Source: Chloropicon primus
Taxonomy: Eukaryota
Length of the DNA: 64,000 nt
Direction: 5' to 3'
NCBI GenBank assembly: GCA_023205875.1
Contig: CP060759.1
Span: forward strand, 930,001 to 994,000
Below the pieces are notes generated by a model that saw nothing but the letters and a program-made list of their open reading frames with translations, was not told the DNA's origin and made no database searches. Shown one piece after another: positions 48,363 to 60,118 of this stretch (its first letter is position 1; the number at the start of each line of letters is the position of its first letter). The position numbers and the translations under genes are program-made.

Positions 48363-49979
48363 ATGACGAAGATGGCGAACGGGAACGGACTCAAGTCCTC
48401 GAGCAAGAGGCTGGTTCTGTGGTTCAGGAACGATTTGCGCCTGCACGACAACGCGATCGTCGACAAGGCGAAGCGGTCTGTGGCATCCGGGGACTGCAAG
48501 GAGGTCCTTCCCCTGTATTGCTTCGATCCTCGGGTGTTCCAGCGGTCAGAATACGGCTCGCCCAAGACAGGCGTGCACCGCGCCAAGTTTCTGGTGGAAT
48601 CTGTGATGGACCTCCGCGAGCGACTTCGAAGCGTGGGGAGCGACCTCCTGATCGCCGTGAACAAGCCCGAGAACGTCATCGCGGACCTGGTTGGCGACAA
48701 CGGCACGTCCGTCTTCGCTCAGAGGGAGGTGACGCACGAGGAGCGGGTGACGGAGTCCCTGGTCGAGGGAATCCTGGCCGGCAGCGAGAGGGCGCGCCTG
48801 GAGCTCTTTTGGGGGGCCACGCTCTACCACAGGGGCGACCTGCCCTTCAAGTCGAACTTGAGGGACCTTCCTGACGTTTTCACGCCGTTCAGGAACAAGG
48901 TGGAGAAGCAGTGTAGCGTCCGCTCGCTCCTGTCCGAGCCACGGGCCGGGGACTTGCCCCTGGGCGATGCGGCGAACCTGCCTCTGGTGAAGAAGATGAC
49001 GAACTACGAGCCGTCGCTGAAGGACATCCTTCCTGGCGTCGACGTCCCGGACCAGGACGAGCGATCCAGCTTGAGCTTTCGAGGGGGGGAGGCCGCGGCC
49101 CTGGAGCGACTCAGGTACTACCTGTGGGACAGCGACCTTCTCTCGACGTACTTTGAGACCAGGAACGGCATGGTTGGCGGCGACTACAGCACGAAGTTCT
49201 CGCCGTGGCTCGCGAACGGCTGCTTGTCCCCAAGAAAGATTTACCACGAGATCAGCGAGTACGAGCGCGAGAGAGTGGCGAACAAGTCCACGTATTGGGT
49301 GGTCTTCGAACTGATTTGGAGGGATTTCTTCCACTTCTATTGCGAGAAGCATGGCAACAGCGTGTTCTACCCGGGCGGGCCCGCGGGCAGGCGCACCGAC
49401 TGGAACAACGACTGGGATGCCCTGAGGAGGTGGAAGGAGGGGCGGACTGGCGTCCCCTTGGTCGACGCGAACATGAGAGAGTTGCTCCACACCGGATTCA
49501 TGTCGAACCGAGGGAGGCAGAACGTGGCCAGCTTCCTCGCCCTGGACCTCAAGGGGGACTGGCGGGTCGGGGCCGACCACTTCGAGAGCTTGCTGCTGGA
49601 TTACGACGTGTGCTCGAACTGGGGGAACTGGGTCTCGGCCGCGGGCCTGACCGGCGGGAGGGTGAACCGCTTCAACATCGTGAAGCAGTCCAAGGACTAC
49701 GACAAGGCCGGGGAGTACATCAAGCTGTGGATTCCTGAGCTCAGGAAGGTGCCCACGCAGTACATTCACAAGCCTTGGGAGATGCCACGGAGCGTCCAGG
49801 AGTCCAGCGGGTGCTTCATTGGGCAGGACTACCCAAATCCAGTCGCCACGTCAAAGGCTTGGGAAACGTACAATAAAGGCGGAAAGAAGAGCGAGAAGAG
49901 CAAGCCGTACAGGGGCTACTACGAGAAGAGAAGCGTCAGAAAGGAGAAGAAGAAGAGCAATTTTGAGATGTACGGCTGA
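48363..49979 (+). CDS. CRY-DASH: Cryptochrome DASH
   Basis: WFRNDLRLHDN, PDVFTPFR, YFETRNGMVGGDYSTKFSPWLANGCLSPR, MSNRGRQNVASFL and DYDVCSNWGNW. First ATG at 48363. Confidence 0.92.
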   Translation: MTKMANGNGLKSSSKRLVLWFRNDLRLHDNAIVDKAKRSVASGDCKEVLPLYCFDPRVFQRSEYGSPKTGVHRAKFLVESVMDLRERLRSVGSDLLIAVNKPENVIADLVGDNGTSVFAQREVTHEERVTESLVEGILAGSERARLELFWGATLYHRGDLPFKSNLRDLPDVFTPFRNKVEKQCSVRSLLSEPRAGDLPLGDAANLPLVKKMTNYEPSLKDILPGVDVPDQDERSSLSFRGGEAAALERLRYYLWDSDLLSTYFETRNGMVGGDYSTKFSPWLANGCLSPRKIYHEISEYERERVANKSTYWVVFELIWRDFFHFYCEKHGNSVFYPGGPAGRRTDWNNDWDALRRWKEGRTGVPLVDANMRELLHTGFMSNRGRQNVASFLALDLKGDWRVGADHFESLLLDYDVCSNWGNWVSAAGLTGGRVNRFNIVKQSKDYDKAGEYIKLWIPELRKVPTQYIHKPWEMPRSVQESSGCFIGQDYPNPVATSKAWETYNKGGKKSEKSKPYRGYYEKRSVRKEKKKSNFEMYG

Positions 49980-50399
49980 GCAGCCAGCCGAGTAATGATG
50001 TAGTGCAGAGTGAATCATTGGGGACATCTCACATCGAAGCGAACCACCATCGAGTGACTCTTCTTCCCGCAGTCGCTACCCCCACCCCTTTCCACAATGG
50101 CCTGGCGCGATCGTCTGTAACGTTTTGAAGAGAGCCAGGCGACAAAAGGGGTCATCCACCTCAAGGGAGAGGAACCAGAGAGACCAGAGAGAAGAGGAAG
50201 GACACATCACAAAACAGGACACAAAAAGAAAAACAAAAAGAAAAACAATGCATTAACCTGCCTTTGGTGGTAGGTTGATTGGTCGAGGATCTGGTGCTGC
50301 TATGAATTCTTCTCGCTCCACTTCCAAGGGTTGGTGCGAAAGGCAATGCAAGTGATGAAGTGCCTTGGCGAGGAATCGCATTCACATCGCGTCCTTGTA

Positions 50400-50575
50400 T
50401 TAACTCCAGGAATCACTGTCGTCTTCGTCCTCGTCTGATCATCGGTTTTCTCGATCCAGTCGACCATGTCATCGTGCTCGTTCGCCATACGTTTGCATAT
50501 CTCGGGGATCCAATCACAAGGCGGATCCTGGCTTCGAGCCCACTGCAGAACTTCAAGGTGACCTCCTGCAGCTAT
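50400..50575 (-). pseudogene. Remnant of an ankyrin-repeat protein C-terminus
   Basis: The minus strand reads IAAGGHLEVLQWARSQDPPCDWIPEICKRMANEHDDMVDWIEK. An in-frame TGA lies directly upstream, and an acidic tail DEDEDDSDSWS* lies in another frame. Confidence 0.6.
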
Positions 50576-50724
50576 TCAGAATAGGACAATATATCTTTTC
50601 GGAAGACTCCCTGGCTTCGGCTTTTTCTTGCAGATTTTTGTCCTCCTCTCGGCGTGGGCTGACAGCCATTGAGAGCCATTGAAAAGTTATCATCATGGTG
50701 GTGGCGACGAGTCGCCTGACTCCC

Positions 50725-52454
50725 ATGGGGGTGAGAGGGACGGGTGTTGCGGGGGGTCGAGCGAGGTCGGTGGCCGGACCCAAAGCCAGCAAGCAGGTAA
50801 GACGAACTCCCTCCACCGGAGCCGAAGGGGGCCTTTGAAGGAAGAAGGAAGAAATCCCTTTGGGGGGGGTGGGCCAAGTCAGAGGGGAGGGCCGGTTCTC
50901 GCGCTTGGTCTCTCTCTCTCTCTTGGAACGACGCAGTCTGACTCTTTCTCTCTGCCTTTGGGACAGTCGAAAGCGGTCGCGAGGAATGCGAGGGAGGCCG
51001 CCTTCTTCGGGAGCGAGGTCGCGTGCGCCTCACGTGCGAGCCCGCGCCTCGGGTCCAGGGCCGGGAGGAGGCCGATGCTCAAGCCAGTGGCAGTGATCGA
51101 GAGGCCGACGGTGGACCCGGAGTCCCTCAAGGCATCGACGCGCTCCGTCCTTGCGATCATCCTCGGCGGGGGGGCCGGCACGAGGCTCTACCCCCTAACG
51201 AAGCAGAGGGCGAAGCCGGCCGTGCCCATAGGCGGGGCGTACCGCCTGATCGACGTCCCCATGAGCAACTGCATCAACAGCGGGATCAGCAAGATCTACA
51301 TCTTGACCCAGTTCAACTCGACGAGTCTGAACAGGCACTTGACGAGGGCGTACAACTTTGGCAACGGAATCAGGTTCGGGGGTGACGGCTTTGTTGAGAT
51401 TCTCGCCGCGACCCAGACTCCCACGCCGGGGGGGAAGGACTGGTTCCAGGGGACCGCAGACGCTGTTCGGAGGTACGCGTGGCTCCTCGAGTCCGTGAAG
51501 ATCAGGCAGGTCGAGGACATCGTGATACTGAGCGGCGACCACCTTTACAGGATGGACTACATGAAGTTTGTCCAGAGGCACAGGGAGACGAACGCGGACA
51601 TCACGGTCGCCGCGATACCTTGCGACGAGAAGAGGGCCTCGGACTTTGGGCTGATGAAGATCGACAAGACGGGGAGGATCAACGATTTCGCGGAGAAGCC
51701 AAAGGGAGCGGCGCTGGAGGAGATGAAGGTGGACACCACGATTCTCGGCCTCACGCCGGGCGAGGCCTCCGAGAAGCCCTACATCGCCAGCATGGGCATC
51801 TACGTGTTCAAGAAGGAGGTCCTCATTGACCTGCTGAACGAGAAGATGCCGACGGCGAACGACTTTGGCTCCGAGATCATCCCGGAGGCCGCGGAGGACA
51901 TGAGGGTCCAAGCCTACCTCTTCAACGACTACTGGGAGGACATCGGGACCATGAAGAGCTTCTTCGAAGCGAACCTGGCCCTGGCCCAGCACCCCCCCAG
52001 GTTCGAGTTCTACGACGCACTGAACCCGATCTTCACCTCCCCCCGCTTCCTGCCTCCGGCCAAGGTGTACAACTGCCAGGTCTCGGACGCGATCATCTCC
52101 CACGGCGCCTGCCTCGAGGACTGCGAGGTGGACAACGCCATCATCGGCCTCAGGAGCAGGGTCGGCAAGGGCGTCAAGATCCAGGACGCCATGCTGATGG
52201 GCGCGGACTACTACGAGAGCGAGGACCTCAGGTCGAAGCTCCTGGCGGAGGGCAAGGTCCCCATCGGCATTGGGGACGGCAGCCTGATCCAGAACACCAT
52301 CGTCGACAAGAATGCTAGGGTGGGGAAGAACTGCGTCCTCGTCAACAAGGCCGGGGTGGAGGAGGCGAACTTGGAGGAGGACGGCCTTTACATTCGCTCG
52401 GGGATCGTCACCGTCCTCCACGACGCGACCATCCCAGACGGGTTCACCATCTGA
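50725..52454 (+). CDS. ADP-glucose pyrophosphorylase large subunit, plastid; exons 50725-50796 and 50967-52454
   Basis: [42 protein letters not shown] (large-subunit-type), [18 protein letters not shown] and YWEDIGT. A phase-0 GTAAG..CAG intron lies in the transit-peptide region. Confidence 0.92.
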
Positions 52455-52967
52455 AATCTGAGGAGCAGAGGCAGGGGGGGACACGGAGGGAGCAATAATA
52501 ATCGGGGGGCGTTGCCGCGAGACGAGAGACATCCATTGTAACTACAATCAATCAATCAATTCGGCTATTACCTTTAGGTTTTAACTAGAGTTATATTCGA
52601 AAACTGCGGTGTATCTACACCAGCCACGAAGTGCAAAAGACCGCCACATGATAGAATCATAAGACTACGCAACAGTCTTATCATATCCAGGGGTAGCACC
52701 CGACCGCTTCTCCAGCCACGGCCAAGACGACGACGAGTGTAATCGCTTTCCCATTTACACGATTACGACAATCTACACCTTTTGACATTTTGCATTCGAA
52801 GTATCGAAATTCGAATGTGGAAATGTCTTCGCCCCCTTTGATTTCACGTCTTGGTCTCGTCTGGAAATGTTTGGGTCCCGCTGGCGGCGGCGAGGCGGCT
52901 GAAAGAGCCCAAAGGCCGGAGGGCAATCAGTCAGTCCCCAGTTGCTGCGAACGATAGACAAGACACC

Positions 52968-53137
52968 ATGGTAAGGCGACGACCGAGCGAGACGAAGACG
53001 ACGAAGACGAGAGGAGGGGGACGGGACGAGCGCGAGGGAGAGACCGGACGAGGAGGACGGACGATCTCCGCTCGCGTCGCGGCCTCGACTTCACCCCGGC
53101 ACCACGAGTGATGGGGAGAGTCCGTGCTTGTTCGTGT

Positions 53138-53173
<36 letters not shown>

Positions 53174-54278
53174 TGTGCGTCGAGAAACGAGGAAGAGTTC
53201 GTGTGCGAGAGAGCGGGAGGAGGACGAGTCGGGGGCAAGCCGCGCCGTTCCTTGGGTCGAGGCTTTGTGCGGGACGAGTGGATGGCGTTTTGCTTTCCTG
53301 TTCGTTCTTCGACGGAGGTCGATTGACTGCACTGGGACGTGTGCGGAGCGTGGCGACGACGCGAGGAAGGGCGCGGAGTGCGGACCGACTGAGCGAGTGG
53401 GCTTGGCGAAGACGCGCGCCGCGTGGTGGATCTCGTGACGCGTTTTGAAAGTTTTGAAGAGGAAGAGACCTTCTGACCTCTTGTTCTCTGTTTCGATCTT
53501 TTTCTTTCTTTCTTTCTCGCAGGCACCAAAGAAGAAGGTACCAGCTGCTCCAATCTCCTCGAAGAAGTCTTCGGGAGTGAAGAAGAACTCCAACCCTCTT
53601 TTCGAGACCCGCGCTAAGGCTTTCGGAATCGGAGGAGCCCTTCCAGTCAAGAAGGACTTGACCAGATATGTCAAGTGGCCAAAGTATGTCTTGCTCCAGA
53701 GGCAGAGGCGCGTGTTGTGCAAGCGTCTCAAGGTCCCTCCTAGCGTGAACCAGTTCACCAAGACCTTGGACAGGAACGTAGCTGAGTCCGTGCTCAAGCT
53801 TGCCCTCAAGTACAGGCCAGAGGACAAGGCCGCCAAGAAGGAGAGGCTCTTGAAGGAGGCCGAGGCCGCCAAGAGCGGAGGATCCGTCGACAAGAAGAAG
53901 CCAGTCGTCGTCAAGTACGGAATCAACCACATCACCTCCCTCGTGGAGCAGAAGAAGGCCAAGCTCGTGGTCATCGCCCACGACGTCGACCCTCTTGAGC
54001 TCGTCGTCTGGCTCCCTGCCCTTTGCAAGAAGATGGACGTCCCATACTGCATCGTTAAGGGTAAGGCCAGGTTGGGAGCTGTGGTCCACAAGAAGACCGC
54101 AACTGCTTTGTGCTTCACTGAGGTGAACAACGAGGATTCTAGGGAGTTCTCCAAGATCGCCGAGAGCTGCCACGGCATGTATAACGAGGCTCAGAGAATC
54201 TCTTGGGGAGGTGGTATCATGGGCGCCAAGTCCCAGGCCATGATGAAGAAGAGAGCCAAGAGAATGGGAACCAAGTAA
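52968..54278 (+). CDS. RPL7A: 60S ribosomal protein L7a (eL8); exon 1 = ATG only (52968-52970), exon 2 = 53523-54278
   Basis: [54 protein letters not shown] and [19 protein letters not shown] donor and polypyrimidine-CAG acceptor. Confidence 0.95.
53138..53177. repeat. (TG)n microsatellite in the RPL7A intron
   Basis: Directly visible, with one interruption. Confidence 0.9.
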
Positions 54279-56142
54279 GCATCGTGAACTACTACTAAAA
54301 TAACCACCATTTACTATATGAATAGTTTCTAGCACATGCACTCGCGCACAACACAACACAACACACTTTTGTTTGGTCTCCCTGGGTCGAGTCCGGGATT
54401 GATGATAAAGCATTCTAGGCTTTGGGGGTGTTGAGGAACACCGGAGAAGGAGAAGGAAGGAAGGGAACCGTAAACTCGATCATCTCTTTCGTACACAAGG
54501 CGAGCGCTCTCTCTTGGCAAGATTCGACGCAAGAAAAACGCGCGCTTGTTGTTGTGGGGAAGGAGGTGGATTTCTCTCTCACGAGGGGCAAGTTCAAGTT
54601 GGTTGCTGGCCTTCATTTCTTGGCTCTGGGGGCAAGTGAAGGTTCTCTGAAGGTACATCGCGGTCCTCTCCTGTGGTCTGCGGCATGCTGATAGATGGCC
54701 TAGCTCCAAAGCTTTGGTGCTGTTCCGTGGTCCGATTTAACAACAGCGTACGGCGGTGAAGTGCATTCCTCGCTTCGGCGCCCCCGCTGCGAGCGTGCAC
54801 AGCGGCGCAAAAAACGATTGATGCCCTTGCTTGAGGACCAGAAAGGGCAGGAAGAGCAGCGAATGTCGCACACCTTTCCGAGATGGAGTGGGGACGCTTC
54901 CTTCGTTGGACGCCGTTTCCCGTTTTTCTCCCAAGCACTTTCGCTTTGCCACCCCCGGTTCGGGGGAGGTCCTGGCCCGCAGAGGGGGGCAGCGCTCCCC
55001 GCTGGAGACGCAAGAGCAGCGCGCAGACGCAGCAGCCTCCAGCGGAGTCGGGTCGAAACCACACGCACAGTCCCGCCGCCAAGCCTCCTCGGAACCGGAT
55101 GGGCAAGAAAATATTCTAGAGGCGCCAACCTCGTGCTTTGCTTTCGGAGACACTGGAGGCGGAGCCCTCCAGAGACTTGGGCGTTCCTTCGCCGCATTCG
55201 AGCAAAAAATCATTCCTTCAACCCGCTTTCGCTTCTCTTTCCTTCTCTTTCCTTCCAGGTGTCGTGCTCTCGAAGATCGCCGAGGCGCTACCACAGACAC
55301 TGTGGAGGAGTGTGTGTGTGTGTGGGGGGGTGCGTCCTCCTCCACTTCTCCCGTGTGCCTGGCTCGCCCCGGGAGGGTTTGCCGGTGCCTCGTTGAACTC
55401 CCGCATCGGGTTCGACTGGACTTGGCCCCTCCGCCTTTACCCTATCCTACTGTGAACAAGTAGCTCACCTCGCACGCAAGAAGGCTTCGATGTGGCACAA
55501 GCAGAGAGGAAGCGACGTGTTGCACGTTCCTGGCAAGGCGCGCTCCACCACGACCACGTAACGAGGCAGGAACGCTTGCCAGTGGTGTCGGGCAGTCGGG
55601 TCGGTAGAGACCAATCACGCAGACCCTTGGCGAACAACAGAAAGACATCCTCAGAGGTGCTTCAAAGCCTGAACGCGTACGCGTCGTCTTCCGCGCGCTC
55701 GAGTCCTCGGTCGGTCGGTCGGTACCCTGCTGCTGCCAGAGCGATACGCAAGGGCGAGTTCGAGTTGTGTACGTGTGTGTGTGTGTTGACCTCCTCTGCG
55801 AGGGGAAGCGCAAAAAGAGTTGTGTTGGATGATGATGAGACAAAAAAAAAGTTCGTTTTCGTTTCGCCCCGCGCTCCTCCTAGTCCTCGACAGGACGACA
55901 GCAGGGCTCTGCCGTCCGCGTCTCACGCACGCCTACGGGTACCACCGGGCAAGCGACAGCGACAGCGACAGCGACCGGAGAACAACTTCTTTTGAGGGTG
56001 CCGCGTCAGCCCGAGCACGTGCTCGCAAAAAAGTGAACCCCGCCAGAGGGAGAGGGAGAGGAGGAGGAGGAGCGAACAAAATGCATGTAAAGGTGGGAAA
56101 TATATATTAGCTGAGTGTTGTTGAGCGCTTCTTTGCTTGGTC

Positions 56143-58164
56143 TCACTTGTTGTCGAGGCCGGCGTAGAGGGCCGCGATGGCGCTCTCGAACTTGGCCTTG
56201 AGCTGAGGCCTCTTGAGCTTCATGGTGGGGGTGAGCAATCCGTCCTCGATGGTGAAGGCGTCTGGGGTCAAGTAGATGGCCTTGACCTGCTCGAAGCCGT
56301 GGAGCTTGGCGCTCCTTCCCTGCTCCTGGATGCTCCTGAGGACGGACAGCATGACGCCGTTGTCCTGGCACAGGGCGGCCATGTCCTGGGGGAGTCCCCT
56401 CTCCTTGGCCCACTGGAGGATGTAGTCCGGGTCCGGGGACACCACGGCCACGAGGTCGCTCCTGAGGGAGTCGCCGTACACGAAGATCTGGAAGACGAAC
56501 GGGGACCTCTCGCAGATCTGCTCGATCTTCTCGGGGGCGACGTACTCTCCCTGGGCGAGCTTGAACAGGTTCTTCTTCCTGTCGATGATCTTCAGCTTCC
56601 CTCCTGGGATCCAGCACCCGACGTCTCCGGTGTGGAACCACCCGTCCTCGTCCAGCACCTCCTTGGTCTTCGCCTCGTCGTTGAAGTACCCCTGGAACAC
56701 CGTGGGACCCCTGATGCAAATCTCTCCCCTTGGGTACGGCTGGTCCGAGTGCAGGTAGGACATGTCCGGGATGTCCTCCAGCTTGATCTCCACGCAGGCG
56801 AGCGGGGGGCCGACGTGGCCCACGCTTGGGTCGTCGAAGCCGCTGACGGTGACGATTCCGACCTCCGACAAACCGTAGCCCTCCACGACGTTCGCGAAGC
56901 AGACTCTGAGGAAGCTCATGACGTCCGGCGAGATCGGGGACGCGCCGGAGACCATGAACTGGACGTTGCCGCCGAGCTTCGCCCTCAGCTTGCTGAAGAC
57001 GACCCAGTCCCAGAACTTGCCCCACCTTCCGCCGCTCTTGTCCCCCTTCTCCAAGGCCTCCTTCTTGGAAGAGTAGGCCGCGTTGAACATGGCTCTGGTC
57101 AGCATGCCGCTCTCCTTGATCCCGGCGTTGATCTTGTCGTAGATCCTGTTCCACAACCGAGGGACGCTGACGAAGACGGTCGGCTTGAGCTCCGTGATGT
57201 CGTCGAGGAGGCTGAGGACGTCCCCGCTGAAGAAACCGATGCTCACCCCGTGGTGGGTCAAGAAGTTGAAGAGGGTGTGCTCGTAAATGTGAGCCAAGGG
57301 CAGGTAAGAGATGTGGACGTCCCCCTGCTTGACTGGGACGACCTCAGCCCCCGCAATGTTGGCGAGGATGTTGCTGTGAGTGATCATCACGCCCTTGGGG
57401 ACGCCAGTCGTGCCAGAAGTGTAGCAGATCTTGCAGAGCTGGGACGGCCTCGGAGGGACGTGAGACTTGGGGTTCGCCTGCCCCAGCTTGAGGAGGTCCT
57501 GGAACTTGATCACCTCGCACCCGAAGCTCCCGGCGTTCGCGGGCAGGGCCTGGCCCTGGGCCAAGCCGAAGACCACGACGAGCTTCACGTTCTTCGCGTC
57601 CCTCGCGGAGGACAGCAAGTTGTCCAAGACCTTGTGGCTGCAGAACACGGTCTCCACGTTCGCGTGCGAGCAGATGTACTGCACGGAGTCCGGCCCCAAG
57701 GTGTCGTAAAGGGGGACGGGGACCATGGAGTACGCGTGGCAGGCGTGGTCCGTAATGGACCACTCGACGCAGTTCACGCTGTAGATTCCAACGTGGCTGC
57801 CGGGCTGCACCCCGAGGTGGATCAGCCCCGATCCTATCGCCGTCCTCGCCTCGCCCACCTGAGAGAACGTGAGCCACGAGTACTTTCCGAGGTTGCCCTT
57901 CGCGTCCTCAACCCTCTGGCCGAGGTACGGCAGGTCCGCGAACCTCGTCAGGCTCGACTCGAGGAGGTCGTACAGCGTCCTCACGTGAGCGAACGGCGGC
58001 GCGAGGCCCTCCACCAGCCTGTGGGGGCTGTGGATCGACCTCCTCACCCTGAACTCGTGGTCCGTCTCCACGTTCTCCGGCAACGCCACCGAGTACGTGT
58101 CCACAATGTCCGTCACCGCGAACTGCTTCTTCAGCTGCTCCACCCTCTTCGTCGCGGCTTCCAT
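56143..58164 (-). CDS. LACS: Long-chain acyl-CoA synthetase, probably peroxisomal (LACS6/7-like)
   Basis: YTSGTTGVPKG, SYLPLAHIYE, EGYGLSE, GWFHTGDVG and IIDRKKNLFKLAQGEYVAPEKIE. N-terminal RVEQLKKQF fits the PTS2 consensus. Confidence 0.93.
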   Translation of the reverse strand: MEAATKRVEQLKKQFAVTDIVDTYSVALPENVETDHEFRVRRSIHSPHRLVEGLAPPFAHVRTLYDLLESSLTRFADLPYLGQRVEDAKGNLGKYSWLTFSQVGEARTAIGSGLIHLGVQPGSHVGIYSVNCVEWSITDHACHAYSMVPVPLYDTLGPDSVQYICSHANVETVFCSHKVLDNLLSSARDAKNVKLVVVFGLAQGQALPANAGSFGCEVIKFQDLLKLGQANPKSHVPPRPSQLCKICYTSGTTGVPKGVMITHSNILANIAGAEVVPVKQGDVHISYLPLAHIYEHTLFNFLTHHGVSIGFFSGDVLSLLDDITELKPTVFVSVPRLWNRIYDKINAGIKESGMLTRAMFNAAYSSKKEALEKGDKSGGRWGKFWDWVVFSKLRAKLGGNVQFMVSGASPISPDVMSFLRVCFANVVEGYGLSEVGIVTVSGFDDPSVGHVGPPLACVEIKLEDIPDMSYLHSDQPYPRGEICIRGPTVFQGYFNDEAKTKEVLDEDGWFHTGDVGCWIPGGKLKIIDRKKNLFKLAQGEYVAPEKIEQICERSPFVFQIFVYGDSLRSDLVAVVSPDPDYILQWAKERGLPQDMAALCQDNGVMLSVLRSIQEQGRSAKLHGFEQVKAIYLTPDAFTIEDGLLTPTMKLKRPQLKAKFESAIAALYAGLDNK

Positions 58165-58726
58165 CTTGCACAAACTCCACGCAACTTACGACGCCAACCA
58201 AGTGTCTTCTCGTCTTCGCAAACAAATGATACCTCCAACGCGTACCGCTCAAAGCTCCGCACCGCACCGCACCGCCAACCGTGTGGTGAAAGTTCTTCCT
58301 CCCCCAGCGCTGACCTGTCCCCCCTCACTCCTCTCGCCGGAAAAAAATCTCATAAATCTCCTCCCTCGTAACGGCGGGTGCGTGCGAGGCGACGGACGAG
58401 GTGAGTGCTTTGGACGAGGGAGAGAGGGGGCAGAGGGGGGGGGAGGGGGGGAGAGAGGGGAGGTTTTAGGCAACGCAACGCGTTCTTCTCCTCCTCGCCT
58501 TGGTCTCTCGAAAGAGCCTCGCCCTCGCTCGAAAAGAACATAAAAAAAATAACGCGCTCCACGGGGAGGAAGCTCGGGCCTGAGGAGCTGACTCGTTCGT
58601 GTGCGCGCGTGTGTGTGTGTTTGCTTCCCTCGTTTGACCGAAACCGCCCCCGTGAAGCGGCAGAGAGAGAAGGTCTCGCGGCGGAGAGGGGACCTGAGAG
58701 CTCGCGAAGCACTGGCACTTTCAAGC

Positions 58727-59990
58727 ATGGGGGCCTGTCTGGGAAGGGGGGCCGGGTCCTTCAAGGAGGTGGGAGAGATGGGGCTGCCCAGCGAGAGGTT
58801 CACGGTGCTGAAGAAGCTCGGGAGCGGGGCGGAGGGGGAGCTGTACCTCATGAAGGACAAGACGAGGGACAAGGGCGACCAGCTGGTGGCCCTGAAAATG
58901 ATTCTCCGGGGGTCCCTCGTGGACGAGGTGCGCATGCTGAGGGAGATCACGCTGCAGAGCACCCTCAACCACATTCACGTCATTAAGTTATACCAGATTC
59001 TTCTCACAGGTGAGTCTTGACAGGAGGGCTCGTCCCTTCGTTTGGGCCCTGACACCAAGCACGCCCCCGACGCCTCGCCTGACGACCGTTGCTCCAGACT
59101 CCCACTTTTGCATCCTCATGGAGTACGCCCCCGGTGGGGACCTCTTCAAGTACATCACCAAGAAGGTCAAGCCGGTGAGCAAGTACCAGGCCATGTCGGA
59201 GGAAGAGGCGAGGTACGTCTTCAAGCAGGTGCTGTCCGCGGTGGACTACTGCCACAAGCGCCACATCGCGCACAGGGACTTGAAGCTGGCGAACATTCTT
59301 TTGGACGACAGCTGGCCTCCGCGCGTGAAAATCTGCGACTTTGGCCTGAGCCGGTCCTACGACTACGAGCACGAGAACTGCTACACGATCGTGGGCACCC
59401 CCGCCTACATGTCGCCCGAGGTCCTGGATCCGAAGCACAACCCCGACGGGTACGACCCGGTCAAGGCAGACATCTGGAGCGCCGGAGTGATTCTGTACGC
59501 GATGCTGCGCGGCAGGTTCCCTTTTGACACGCACGAGGGCAACTTGAAGGCTGTGCTGAGGAACATAAAGGCGGCGCACCAGGGTGACCCTCAGCACCTC
59601 TGGGCCCCCGCTTGGGGCAATGCCAAGCTCTCCGACGAGGTGAAGGACCTCCTGGATAGGATGCTGGACCTCGACGCGGAGCGCAGAATCAATATCTCGG
59701 AAATCCTTGAGCACCCCTGGATGAGCAAAGACCTGAGCCCAAGCGACACCTTTACGAAAGCCCAGGTGTTTGCGGAGGAGGCCCAGGAGAAGTGGAACAA
59801 GGTTTCTGACGTCATGGATCAAACCAAGCAGGACAGGCTTAGGAAACTGGTCCACGAGGCCCTGATCGAGCACGGGCACCCGGGCGAGATACTGGAGTGG
59901 CACCCGCCCACAAGCTTGAGGGTTCGGACGGCCTTTTCCCACGCGAACCTTTCCTCCCTGCTTGACCACCACGAAGAAAATTCTGTGTGA
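58727..59990 (+). CDS. Ser/Thr protein kinase, SnRK2-like, with an N-terminal MGAC acylation motif; exons 58727-59009 and 59098-59990
   Basis: LGSGAEG, VALK, HRDLKLANILL, PRVKICDFGLS, VGTPAYMSPEVL and ADIWSAGVILY. Phase-1 GTGAG..CAG intron. Confidence 0.88.
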
Positions 59991-60118
59991 AAGCAATACT
60001 GTTCTTTTTGGCAAAACTTGTGATTGGTAATAACACGCTGTTGAACCCGTTATATTGTGATACTTTGGCCTTTCCAAAACCTTACGCAACATGGACCAAA
60101 AGGAAAGGATGTTGTTTC

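Noticed and set aside
50350..50440. Possible C/D snoRNA (GTGATGA ... CTGA)
   Set aside because: No clear terminal stem or recognisable rRNA antisense element, and it partly overlaps the ankyrin remnant on the other strand.
52971..53522. Intronic snoRNA in the long RPL7A intron
   Set aside because: No convincing box C (RTGATGA) / box D pair with a terminal stem was seen; an Rfam or snoscan search would be needed.
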